Shown one piece after another: positions 46,833 to 55,890 of a DNA stretch of 64,000 bases. The notes beneath the pieces were generated by a model. It saw nothing but the letters and a program-made list of their open reading frames with translations, was not told the DNA's origin and ran no database searches. The stretch is from assembly GCA_038227105.1 (NCBI GenBank), contig JBBRQB010000003.1, positions 1,054 to 65,053 on the forward strand. The letters are read 5' to 3'. Every line of letters starts with the position of its first letter. Within the stretch, counting starts at the first letter, position 1. A program made the position numbers and the translations under genes. This DNA comes from Candidatus Limnocylindria bacterium. GTDB taxonomy: Bacteria > Chloroflexota > Limnocylindria > P2-11E.

Positions 46833-48533
46833 TTACTTCTTGAACCACCACTGCTCGATGTTCCACTCGCGGGAGAACGTGAACGCCTGGAAGTTCTGCA
46901 GCGACTTCTGGTTGTAGCCCAGCGTGTCCGCCGAGAACAGGAAGGTATACGGCGCGTCCTGGTTCAGGTTGAGGTCGACCGTGTGGTTCGCCGTCTTGCG
47001 GGCAGCCTTGCTGCAATCCGGTCCCTCGCGGTTGGCCTTGAGGGCCGCGTCCACCGCGGGGTTGCTGTAGAAGACGTTGTTGAACTGGTCCTTGCCCGTC
47101 TGGCTCGAATCCCAGATCGAGAACGGGTCCGGGTCCGCGCCGAGGCTCCACCCGAGGATGTTGCCCTCCCAGTCGGTGCCGGGGACGGTGCGGTCGAGGA
47201 GCTGATTGAACGACTCGAGCAGCGGATCGATCTGGATGCCGATCGCCTTGTACTGCTCCTGCGCGACCGACAGGATCGTCTCGCGGGTGTTGTTGCCCTG
47301 GTTGGTCTCGATGCGCATCTTCATCGGCGAGCCGTCGGTCCACCGGTAGATGCCATCCGAGCCCATCTTCGCGCCGGCCTTCTCGAGGAGCGCCTTGGAC
47401 TTGGCCGGATCGAGCTTGTAGTCGGTCAGTCCCGAGCCGTCGTAGGCCCACGAGACCGGCGGGTTGTGCGCGAGCGACTTGGTGCCGTAGCCGAAGAGCA
47501 CCTTCTTGACGATCGAGTCGACGTCGATGCCGTACCAGAGGGCCTGGCGGACGTCCTTATTGGCGAGCCACGGCGCCTTGGTCGCATGCGCGTTCCAGGC
47601 GATGTAGTTGTAGCTGAGCGACTTGAAGCGGTACGGGCTCAGGGTCGCCGTCTTGCCGACATCGTCGTAGTCCTTCGCGTCGACGCCGCCGTAGGTGATC
47701 TCACCCGTGATGAGGGCGTTCTTGATGGCAGTCGTGTCCGCATAGGTCTTGATGATGTATTGGTCCGCGTGCGGAGCGCCGCGGAAGTATTTGGGGTTCT
47801 TGTCCAGCACGACCTGCTGGCCGGGGGTGAAGCTCTTGAAGATGAACGGCCCCATCGAGGCCGGCGGGTTGTTGTTGAGCGCGTTGTCGTCGATGTTCTT
47901 GCTCGTGTCGGTCGTCTTGTTGTCCCACACGGTCTTGAACTTCGCGCTCGGGAGGATGCCGCCGGCGCCCGCGCCGCCGAGAGCGGCGATGCCCGGACAG
48001 AAGGTCTTCGTGAGCTTGACGGTGATCACCTTGCCGTTGACGGTGATCCCGCTGATCGAGTCGGTCTTGCCGTCGCCGTACTCGACCGCGCCCTCGATCA
48101 GGTTGACCTGGGACTTGCGGACGGTCTTCTTGGACCGCATGACCGCTTCGACGGTGTACTTGTAGTCGTCGCCGCTGAAGGCGGTCCCGTCGCTCCAGGT
48201 CAGACCGTCCCGGAGCGTGAAGGTGACGGTCTTTCCGTCGGCGCTGACGTCGAACTTCTCGGCCAGGTTCGGCTCGATCTCACCGCTCTCGCGGTTCGTC
48301 CGGACCAGACCGAAGTAGAACTCGCCCCAGACGCCGCTCGACGCGGTGTCGGTCGAGATGACCGGCTGGAACGTCTTCGGGTCCGAGATCGAGCCCACGA
48401 CGATCGTGCCACCGTCGACCGGCTTTTCGGACGCGGCCGCTGACGCCGTCGCGGCTGGGCCCGTGGACGTGCTCGAACTACACGAAATGGCCACCAACAT
48501 GGCCGCGCCAAGGATCGCGACAAGTCGCCGCAT
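46833..48533 (-). CDS. ABC transporter substrate-binding lipoprotein, family 5 (peptide/nickel)
   Basis: Lipobox LVAISC. SBP_bac_5 fold. An 8-nt poly-C run lies in the 5' leader. Confidence 0.85.
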   Translation of the reverse strand: MRRLVAILGAAMLVAISCSSSTSTGPAATASAAASEKPVDGGTIVVGSISDPKTFQPVISTDTASSGVWGEFYFGLVRTNRESGEIEPNLAEKFDVSADGKTVTFTLRDGLTWSDGTAFSGDDYKYTVEAVMRSKKTVRKSQVNLIEGAVEYGDGKTDSISGITVNGKVITVKLTKTFCPGIAALGGAGAGGILPSAKFKTVWDNKTTDTSKNIDDNALNNNPPASMGPFIFKSFTPGQQVVLDKNPKYFRGAPHADQYIIKTYADTTAIKNALITGEITYGGVDAKDYDDVGKTATLSPYRFKSLSYNYIAWNAHATKAPWLANKDVRQALWYGIDVDSIVKKVLFGYGTKSLAHNPPVSWAYDGSGLTDYKLDPAKSKALLEKAGAKMGSDGIYRWTDGSPMKMRIETNQGNNTRETILSVAQEQYKAIGIQIDPLLESFNQLLDRTVPGTDWEGNILGWSLGADPDPFSIWDSSQTGKDQFNNVFYSNPAVDAALKANREGPDCSKAARKTANHTVDLNLNQDAPYTFLFSADTLGYNQKSLQNFQAFTFSREWNIEQWWFKK

Positions 48534-48779
48534 CTGCGCCAACCCCCCCCATGCCCGTATTTCTGTGACCTGCGATACAGAGTTGTACGCGGGACAGTAG
48601 CGGAGCGTTCACTGAGCGCCCATGCGGCTGAGGCCGCTCGCACCTGTCGCCAACGCTCACCATCGACCTGACCGCTTTTCGCACACCCGTTACCCGGCGT
48701 CACAGCTGGATCCCCTAGGACGAAATCACCACGTCTGGGGGGAGTAACAAGGACGCTCCAGCCGCCAGACTTTGGGGCG

Positions 48780-49214
48780 ATGCGTGGATTCCTTCGCCGC
48801 GAGAGCGGCCAGTCGATGGTCGAACTCGCACTGACCCTGCCGCTGCTCGTGTTCGCCATCCTCGGTGGCGCTGATATGGCGCGCGCGTTCGCCCTTCAGA
48901 TCGCGGTCGAGAACGGCTCGCGCGCGGGGGCGGAGTCCTACGCCATCGATCAGACGCCGACCAACGCCGAGGCGCAGGCCGCGGTGGTCAATGAGATCAA
49001 CCGCACCCCAACGGCCAATGCCCTGTCCTCGAATGTGACGGTCACGAAAGCGCAGGCTGACGGGGTCACCGCCTGCGTGAGCCCGCCGACGGTCGCCACC
49101 CCCTGTTTCGTCTCGGTGCGCGTCGTGTACGGCTGGTCGACCATCATTGCCTGGCCGTTCGTCCCGAATGGCGGGACCTTCGACCGGACGACGGTCATGC
49201 GGACGTTCTATTGA
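48780..49214 (+). CDS. TadE-like pilus assembly / pseudopilin protein
   Basis: TadE N-terminal motif ESGQSMVELALTLPLLVFAILG. Confidence 0.7.
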   Translation: MRGFLRRESGQSMVELALTLPLLVFAILGGADMARAFALQIAVENGSRAGAESYAIDQTPTNAEAQAAVVNEINRTPTANALSSNVTVTKAQADGVTACVSPPTVATPCFVSVRVVYGWSTIIAWPFVPNGGTFDRTTVMRTFY

Positions 49215-49669
49215 TGCGACCGTTCCGACGCTTCGCCCGGGACGACCACGCCCAGGCACTCGTTGAGTTCGCCTTCGTACTGCCGATCTTCCTGCTCGTC
49301 GTGACCGGGATCTTCGACGTGGCCCGCGCGGTCTGGCAGGAGAACACGCTCGCGTACGCCGCGCGCGAGGGCACGCGCTACGCCATCGTCCATGGGGCGT
49401 CCGGGGTGCCGGCCGCCGGTCCGTGCACGAACTGCCTGAACCCGGTGAGCAACAACCTGGGCAACGTCGTCAGCGCCGTCACCAACAATGCCGTCGGTGT
49501 CTACGGGATCGATGTCACGATCGACTACCCCGATGGCGGCAACCAGCGGAATCAGCGGGTGACGGTAGACGCGACCGCTCCGTTCGTTCCGCTTCCGTCC
49601 CAATACCTCCTCGGCAACGCCTTCCAGATCACGCTCCGCGGCGGATCGCAGCTGGTGATCCAGCGATGA
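49211..49669 (+). CDS. TadE-like pilus assembly / pseudopilin protein
   Basis: DDHAQALVEFAFVLPIFLLVVTGIFDV. Confidence 0.7.
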   Translation: MMRPFRRFARDDHAQALVEFAFVLPIFLLVVTGIFDVARAVWQENTLAYAAREGTRYAIVHGASGVPAAGPCTNCLNPVSNNLGNVVSAVTNNAVGVYGIDVTIDYPDGGNQRNQRVTVDATAPFVPLPSQYLLGNAFQITLRGGSQLVIQR

Positions 49670-50997
49670 TCCGCCTGCGGCGGCACTTCGCCCGGGACGA
49701 GGACGGCCAGGCCCTCGTCATGGTGGCGATCGTGTTCATGGCCCTGCTCTTCGTGGTCGGCCTCGCGATCGACGCCGGGCAGCTCTTCGCGGCCAAACGA
49801 ACGCAGCAGGAGGCCGCCGATGCCGCGGCCTTCGCCGGAGCGGTCGTGCTGTACCAGGGCGGCACGGTGGGCCAGGCGACCCAGGCCGCGATCGATGACG
49901 CCTCGAAGAACGGCTTCGTCGATGGCGTCAATAGCACCACGGTCACGGTGAACGGTTCGAACGTCGCATCGAGCAACGCACCGACGACCGGCCTGTACGC
50001 GGGTGAGAGCCCGGTCATGCACGTCGAGGTCGTCGTCGTCCGGCAGGTCAAGACGACACTCGTTCCGGCGGAGGCCGCCTTCAACCCGGTCCGGGCCCGC
50101 GGGGTGGCGGGATCGGAGACGCTCAACAACGGCTATCCGATCATGGCGCTCGGCACCGGATGCGGATCACCGGGTGTCACCGTCTCGTCGAATGAGGACA
50201 TCCACGTCTACGGCGGAGGCATCGTCACCAACTCCTGCGCCGGCTCCGCGGTGACCGGATTCGCGAGCGGGCAGGACCTCCAGATCTGTGCGTCTCCGCC
50301 AGCGGCGTGCACGCCGAACAGCTATGGCTTCCAGACCGTCGGCGGCACCACGGGCAACAGCTTCCCCGCCGGAGTCACGGTCACGACCGGGATCGCACCG
50401 GTCGCGGATCCGTTCGCCGGGTTCCCGAAGCCAGGCGGCAGGAGCTACAACGGCGTCGCCTATCTGCCGACGAATCCCGCGAACATCAGCGGCACGAGCA
50501 CCCACCCCGAAGGGATCTACACGTCCGCGCTCAGCGGGGCGCTGTGCCACGGGATCTACATCCTGAAGGGCGGAGGCTTCAGCGGCATCAGCAAGGACAC
50601 CAACGGCGCGCATGTCGATCCCAACACGGGCACCGCGTGCGATGGGAAGGTCATGATCTACAACACGATGACCAACTGGCCCCTCGCGACGGGCACATGT
50701 TCTGGGATGAGCGGCGACTCGACCATCACCCCGATGACCACCGGAACATACGCGAATATGGCGATCTACCAGGACCCAGCGTGCACGGCGAGCCTGTCGG
50801 AAAGCGGCAGCACGACCCTCAACGCCACCGGGACGATCTACATGCCGAACGGCACGATCGACCTGAACGGCAACCCCGCGACCATCGTGGGTGGGCAGCT
50901 CATCGCGAGCCGGATCAACGTCCAGAACGGCAACCTGACGATCACCTACACCTCGAGCACGACCGCGTCGCCGATCCTTCCCCGCCTCTCGGAATAG
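49666..50997 (+). CDS. TadG-like pilus-assembly protein (Tad_N domain) with a Ser/Thr/Gly/Asn-rich extracellular region
   Basis: DEDGQALVMVAIVFMALLFVVGLAIDAGQLF...QQEAADAAAFAGA matches the TadG N-terminal domain. Confidence 0.7.
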   Translation: MIRLRRHFARDEDGQALVMVAIVFMALLFVVGLAIDAGQLFAAKRTQQEAADAAAFAGAVVLYQGGTVGQATQAAIDDASKNGFVDGVNSTTVTVNGSNVASSNAPTTGLYAGESPVMHVEVVVVRQVKTTLVPAEAAFNPVRARGVAGSETLNNGYPIMALGTGCGSPGVTVSSNEDIHVYGGGIVTNSCAGSAVTGFASGQDLQICASPPAACTPNSYGFQTVGGTTGNSFPAGVTVTTGIAPVADPFAGFPKPGGRSYNGVAYLPTNPANISGTSTHPEGIYTSALSGALCHGIYILKGGGFSGISKDTNGAHVDPNTGTACDGKVMIYNTMTNWPLATGTCSGMSGDSTITPMTTGTYANMAIYQDPACTASLSESGSTTLNATGTIYMPNGTIDLNGNPATIVGGQLIASRINVQNGNLTITYTSSTTASPILPRLSE

Positions 50998-52620
50998 CTA
51001 GAGCCCGAGCTCCGCGGCCACAAGCGCCGGCGGGATCGATGCACAACCGAGCAGCGCGTCGTGGAACGTACGCATCCCGTAGCCCTTCTTCTGGGCGCGC
51101 GAGCGCAGATCGAGGATCGCCGCGCGGCCGAGCGCGTAGCTAGACGGCTGCAGCGGGTAGAGCGTGTACCGCCGGCACTCACCCACCGCGTTCGGCCGCT
51201 CGAGCTTCGGCCCATCCATCATGAAGCGGACCGCCTGCTCGAAGCCGAGCTCTCCGGTGGAGAGCCCGACGTCGACCGTGACCCGCGCCGCACGCCACAG
51301 CAGATCCTTGAGGCGGAGCAGCCGCGTCTCCGGATCGTCGAGGAAGCCGAGCTCGGTCATGAGCTCCTCGACATAAAGACCCCAGCCCTCGATGAACACG
51401 TTCGAGCGGAGCGCCTTCCGCGCGAGCGAGGGATGGTCCGCGGCGATGGACAGCTGCAGGTGGTGGCCCGGGTAACCCTCGTGACACGCGATGACAGCGA
51501 TCCCCTTGCGCGGATGACCCGAGAGACGCTCCTCCTTCACCGCGGCCGGCTCGCCTGCGGCCGGCAGCGTGACCCAGAAGCGCCCACGACGCGATCGCTC
51601 GAACGGACCTGGCTGCACGTACGCCGCGTAAGGCAGCGTCGGGCGCGCGAAGTCGGGCATCGCCTCGACCGTGAGCGACTCGCCCGCCGGGACCGTCGCG
51701 ATCTCGGCGACGTGCGTCGCGTCACGCGAGCGCTCCATGTCCGTCCGGTACGCGGCGACCAGCTCGTCCTCGGCGGGATGCTCCGTGCGGAGACGCTCGA
51801 CCGAGTCGCGCCAGTCGGTGTCGCCGAGATCCTTCGCCGCCACCTGCAGCTTCCCCGCGGTCTCCGCGTACAACTCCTCGCCCCATGCCTTCAGCGATGT
51901 TGCGTCGTACGGGAGCAGCTCTTTGTCATGCAGGAGCGCGTCGAAGGCATCACGGCCGATCGCGAACGTGCCCTTCGCGCGGCGCATGAGGTCGTCGCGG
52001 AGCCACGACGCGTACTGGTCGAGCGCGTCGCCGGCGCGCTTCCCCGCCCCGGTCAGGGCCGCCTTCGCCTTCGACCCATCGGGCGCGAGCGACGGCAGGA
52101 CCGCGCGGACGAACGTCGCGCCCGCGGTCGCGGACTCGCCGGCAACGACAACGTAGACCGGTGGCACACGCTCGGGATCGAGGTTCACGATCGCGTGCCG
52201 CAGCGCGGCGGGCGCCTGCTCGAGCCGCTCCGCGAGGGCCAGCAAGCGCGTCTCGGGGTCGCCCTCCTCGCGGATGAGCGCGTAGTACGCACCGCGCGTG
52301 ATGGCGTCCGAATAGAGCGACGGCTGCCGCACGTGGCGCTGGAACGGCCGGAGCGCGCGCTCGCCGCGGAGCTCTCCAAGGATGAGCGCGAGGTCGGTGC
52401 GATCCGTCGGACCCAGCGGCGAAGGGTCATGGGACTCGAACACGTGCAGCCAGCGATCGGTGAACGCGTCGCGGTCGGCGAAGCCCTCCGCGCTCAGGTC
52501 GGCGAGCCGATCGTCGAAGTCGTGGAGCCCGGCGATCGTCGCAGCCGTCGGATCCAACGCATATCGGTCATGGACAAAGAGATCGATCTGCTGTCGAAGC
52601 ACGCTCGGCTCACCTACCAT
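50998..52620 (-). CDS. DUF885-family metallopeptidase-like protein
   Basis: HEGYPGHHLQ (HExxPGHH). 540 aa. No signal peptide. Confidence 0.7.
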   Translation of the reverse strand: MVGEPSVLRQQIDLFVHDRYALDPTAATIAGLHDFDDRLADLSAEGFADRDAFTDRWLHVFESHDPSPLGPTDRTDLALILGELRGERALRPFQRHVRQPSLYSDAITRGAYYALIREEGDPETRLLALAERLEQAPAALRHAIVNLDPERVPPVYVVVAGESATAGATFVRAVLPSLAPDGSKAKAALTGAGKRAGDALDQYASWLRDDLMRRAKGTFAIGRDAFDALLHDKELLPYDATSLKAWGEELYAETAGKLQVAAKDLGDTDWRDSVERLRTEHPAEDELVAAYRTDMERSRDATHVAEIATVPAGESLTVEAMPDFARPTLPYAAYVQPGPFERSRRGRFWVTLPAAGEPAAVKEERLSGHPRKGIAVIACHEGYPGHHLQLSIAADHPSLARKALRSNVFIEGWGLYVEELMTELGFLDDPETRLLRLKDLLWRAARVTVDVGLSTGELGFEQAVRFMMDGPKLERPNAVGECRRYTLYPLQPSSYALGRAAILDLRSRAQKKGYGMRTFHDALLGCASIPPALVAAELGL

Positions 52621-52661
52621 CGAACCAGCAGTCTTTCACGCTGCAGGGGAGTTCGTCCGTC

Positions 52662-53015
52662 ATGGCCGTCAAAGAGAAGTTTCCCGATTGCGAACATTGC
52701 GAAGCACCGTGCTGCCGTCGCCAGTTCATGGAGGACGAGGATGGCTGGTTCAAGCTGGCCGACATCCGGCCCATCTACCTCGCCGCCGGTACGGACATCA
52801 AGGTCGTCGGATGGGGCCAGCAGCCTGACGGGCGGCAGCCGATGATCCAGTGCAACGCCTACGACGTCGATCACTCCGCGTGCACGATCTACCAGAGCCG
52901 GCCGGAGCACTGCCGCACCTACGACTGCCGGGACGATGACCCGGACGAATGGGAAGCACGCGCGCACTGCGACCTTGACCGTCACCGCAAGCTTGCCCTC
53001 ATGCGCAAGCCGTGA
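52662..53015 (+). CDS. YkgJ/UPF0153-family Cys-cluster protein (CxxCxxCC)
   Basis: FPDCEHCEAPCCRRQF. Confidence 0.7.
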   Translation: MAVKEKFPDCEHCEAPCCRRQFMEDEDGWFKLADIRPIYLAAGTDIKVVGWGQQPDGRQPMIQCNAYDVDHSACTIYQSRPEHCRTYDCRDDDPDEWEARAHCDLDRHRKLALMRKP

Positions 53016-53139
53016 AGCACACGCGCGCCGCACAGCAACGCTCCGCTCAGTGGCCCTTCGGATGCGGTGGGCCACCTCGCGGAGCATCGCCGCAAGCACC
53101 TCGATACGGTGCTCGCCGTCAAGCGTGGAGCGCGATCCG

Positions 53140-53565
53140 CTAGTTGACCGTGAAGGTCATGTGCATGCCACTGGCGTAGTGGCCGACCTCGTTGCAGATC
53201 AGCACGTAGTGGCCCGCGGCCAGGGCAACGGTGAAGGTCTTGGACGCGCCGGCCTCGATCTCACCCGTCTCGCCGAGGTTCCCGGTCTCGTCCATCTTGC
53301 CGACGGTCTCGGTGCCGGCGGGGATCTTGTCCTGGGCGACGTCCGTCTTGAGGACGACGAGCTCGTGCACGACCGCGCCGGTGTTCTTGACCACGAACGT
53401 GACCGGACCGGCGGCGATGGAGGTCTTGTCCACCTGGATCGTCATGTCGTTCAGGTTCGCCTTGACCGTTCCGGCCGGGGCCGTTGCCGGTGAGACTGCG
53501 GCACCGCAGCCTGCGAGCAGGACCGCGGTGAGCCCGACGATGGCGATGGAGTTCAGCTTGATCAT
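53140..53565 (-). CDS. Cupredoxin (type-1 blue copper) lipoprotein
   Basis: Lipobox LLAGC. Copper ligands: His (VVHEL), CNEVGHYASGMHM (Cys-x4-His-x4-Met). AAGGAAGTGA RBS 8 nt upstream. Confidence 0.75.
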   Translation of the reverse strand: MIKLNSIAIVGLTAVLLAGCGAAVSPATAPAGTVKANLNDMTIQVDKTSIAAGPVTFVVKNTGAVVHELVVLKTDVAQDKIPAGTETVGKMDETGNLGETGEIEAGASKTFTVALAAGHYVLICNEVGHYASGMHMTFTVN

Positions 53566-53668
53566 GTTGTTGTCACTTCCTTTGCGGCCATCCTGTGCCT
53601 CGCGGGGGCGCCTGGGGTGTGCCGTGAGGCCCCGAAACAGGTGCCGAAGGTCCCGTCCTGCGCCCGGT

Positions 53669-54247
53669 CTACGAGCGCTGGAGGGCGGCCGCGAGCTCCT
53701 CCGGGGTGTTCACGTTCGTGAACGACCGGAGCGTTGGATCCACCTCGCGGAGCTCGCGCTCCTCGACCGGCTGCACGCGGACCTCGTCGAAGAAGCTGAT
53801 CACGCGCATCTTGCCCGCAGCAAGCGCTCGTTCCATCGGAGCGACGCAGGCCTTCGTGTACACAGCGTGCAGCGTCTCGAATTCGCCACCGACCTTCGGG
53901 ATGACGACGTCGGCCTCGAAGCGATGCTCCAGCAGCACGCGCCAGACCTCGGCTGACAGGAACGGCAAGTCGCACGCGGCGACGAGTACGCGCTCATGCG
54001 CCGCCGCGCTCACGCCGGTCGCGATCCCACCGAGCGCGCCGCCCTCGGGGAACCGGTCCGGCACGACGCGGAGACCGAGCGACCCGTACCTCGGGTCGTT
54101 TGCCACGACGATGACCTCATCCGCGACCTGCGCCAGCACCATCGCGACGCGCGCGATGAGCGGCTCGCCGTCGAGCTCGATCCAAGCCTTGTCCTGCCCC
54201 ATGCGCCGGCTCTTGCCGCCGGCCATGATCGCCGCCGACACGCTCAC
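53669..54247 (-). CDS. mobA: Molybdenum cofactor guanylyltransferase
   Basis: IMAGGKSRRMGQDK signature. Confidence 0.85.
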   Translation of the reverse strand: MSVSAAIMAGGKSRRMGQDKAWIELDGEPLIARVAMVLAQVADEVIVVANDPRYGSLGLRVVPDRFPEGGALGGIATGVSAAAHERVLVAACDLPFLSAEVWRVLLEHRFEADVVIPKVGGEFETLHAVYTKACVAPMERALAAGKMRVISFFDEVRVQPVEERELREVDPTLRSFTNVNTPEELAAALQRS

Positions 54248-54747
54248 GCCGTCGCTCCGATGCGCGCGAGGATGAATGCCGCGATCGCGGGCGCATCGTT
54301 CAGACCGAAGTGCGTCACGTCCGGGCGGGCCTCGAAGTCGGTCACGGTCGCGATGAGGTTCCGGTCGTTGAGACAGAGCAGATCCGTCGAGAGTGCGGCG
54401 CGCGCGACCTCGATCTTCGGGATGGGCTCGGCCTTGAATCCCTCGACGACGAGCAGGTCGAGATCGTGCCGGACGTACCGCTCGATGACCGCCTCGAGCC
54501 CGGCAGCAGGGTCGCCATCATCGATCACCGCGGTCTGCCCGCCGCCGGTCACGATCGTCTGCACGATGCCGGTCCGGCGCGCGCGGTAGCTGTCCTTCTC
54601 CGGGCGGTCGATCTCGAACCCGGCATGGGCGTGCTTCAGGTAGCCGACCCGGCGGCCGCCGGAGGCCAGGAGCGGCAGGACCGCCAGCAGCAGCGTCGTC
54701 TTCCCGCTGTTGTGCCGGCCGACAAAGGCGATCCGCGGAGCGTTCAC
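54244..54747 (-). CDS. mobB: Molybdopterin-guanine dinucleotide biosynthesis adaptor protein
   Basis: P-loop VGRHNSGKTTLL. GTG start. Confidence 0.8.
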   Translation of the reverse strand: MNAPRIAFVGRHNSGKTTLLLAVLPLLASGGRRVGYLKHAHAGFEIDRPEKDSYRARRTGIVQTIVTGGGQTAVIDDGDPAAGLEAVIERYVRHDLDLLVVEGFKAEPIPKIEVARAALSTDLLCLNDRNLIATVTDFEARPDVTHFGLNDAPAIAAFILARIGATA

Positions 54748-54830
54748 GCGGGCGGAGTGTACGGTCCGCACACATCTCCTCCACTCAGGTGATACCGGCA
54801 TCGGGCGCGTGGTGGATACCGTGGACGGTC

Positions 54831-55562
54831 GTGAAGCTCTTCGACAAGGTCCAGGCTGTCCAGGCGTCGGCCCACACCGGCCGGGCGCTGAAGGCAGCCA
54901 AGGTCCTGAACCTCATCGGCACGGTGCGGGGCGCGGTCACGACCGTGCTGCTGGCCTCGAGCGCCATCGGCGGCGCCGTGACCGTCAACAACGTTCGCCA
55001 GGACATCGCGGCCGATCATCCCGCGGCCATCGCGACCGCCAAGCCCGCGGCGCGCACCACGCCCCCTCCGACGCCGACGCCGCTCACGGCGACCGGCCTC
55101 CGCGCCGACGCCGACCGGCGCCTGCAGCTCCAGCTCACGGCGAATGCGCAGGCGGCCGAGGATCTCCGCAAGGTGACCGTGTTGAGTCCCGCCGCGATCG
55201 ATGCGCTCGTGCAACAGACGCGCCAGAAGCTCCAGACGCGCTACGAGCTCGCGATGTCGCAGATCGACGAGCTGCTGAAGCCGGCGCCGGCGGCGAGCCC
55301 GACCGCGAGCGCGACGCCACAGCCCTCGCCCAGTCTCAGCGTGGTAGCGGTCAACGCGCTCGTGCAGGTCGCGCTCGGTGACATGAGCGGGATCGTGTTC
55401 GTCGCGACGAAGACCGCGACGACCGAGCCGCCGGTCCAGACAGTCCGTCAGACCGCCGCGCCGACGGCGGTACCGACGCCCGCTCCGACGATCGCGCGGA
55501 CGCCCGCGCCGACGCCGGTGCACACGCCCTCGCCGACCGTGAAGCCGACCGCGACGCGCTAG
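54831..55562 (+). CDS. Membrane-anchored Pro/Thr/Ala-rich hypothetical protein with a central coiled coil
   Basis: Signal-anchor AAKVLNLIGTVRGAVTTVLLASSAIGGA. PT linkers. Rare ATA codons upstream support the GTG at 54831. Confidence 0.4.
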   Translation: MKLFDKVQAVQASAHTGRALKAAKVLNLIGTVRGAVTTVLLASSAIGGAVTVNNVRQDIAADHPAAIATAKPAARTTPPPTPTPLTATGLRADADRRLQLQLTANAQAAEDLRKVTVLSPAAIDALVQQTRQKLQTRYELAMSQIDELLKPAPAASPTASATPQPSPSLSVVAVNALVQVALGDMSGIVFVATKTATTEPPVQTVRQTAAPTAVPTPAPTIARTPAPTPVHTPSPTVKPTATR

Positions 55563-55565
55563 GGA

Positions 55566-55838
55566 CTAGGCCGCGAGCGGGGTCCCACAGCTGGCGCAGA
55601 ACTTCGCGCTCTCGTTGTTCGGCTTCCCGCAGCTCGAGCAGTACCTGCCTGCGGCAGCGGCGGTCGCGGTCGTCGCGGCGACGGGCTTCGAGACATCCTT
55701 CTCCGCTTCCTCGCGGAAGCTCCGGATGCCCTTGCCGACCTGACCGAAGACGGTGGGGAGCTTCCCCGCCCCGAAGACGATCAGGACGACGACGACGACC
55801 AGGATGAGCTCGGGACCACCAATACTCGGCATGATCAC
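55566..55838 (-). CDS. tatA: TatA/E-family twin-arginine translocase subunit fused to a C-terminal zinc ribbon
   Basis: TatA core MPSIGGPELILVVVVVLIVFGAGKLP plus amphipathic helix, then YCSSCGKPNNESAKFCASCGTPL. Confidence 0.7.
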   Translation of the reverse strand: MIMPSIGGPELILVVVVVLIVFGAGKLPTVFGQVGKGIRSFREEAEKDVSKPVAATTATAAAAGRYCSSCGKPNNESAKFCASCGTPLAA

Positions 55839-55890
55839 TCCCCGTCCGCGCCACTGCGCGAAATCTCGTGCTCAGTGTACGGGGCCGATG

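Noticed and set aside
46347-48443. 698-aa plus-strand ORF antisense to the ABC binding-protein gene
   Set aside because: No domains. The binding protein with lipobox on the minus strand is well supported.
51061-52845. 594-aa plus-strand ORF antisense to the DUF885 gene
   Set aside because: The minus strand carries the HEGYPGHH motif. The plus frame is low complexity.
53050-53075. Hairpin between the convergent ykgJ and cupredoxin genes as a confident terminator
   Set aside because: A 7-bp stem with a 12-nt loop and no flanking T/A tract on either strand. Mentioned only as a weak candidate.
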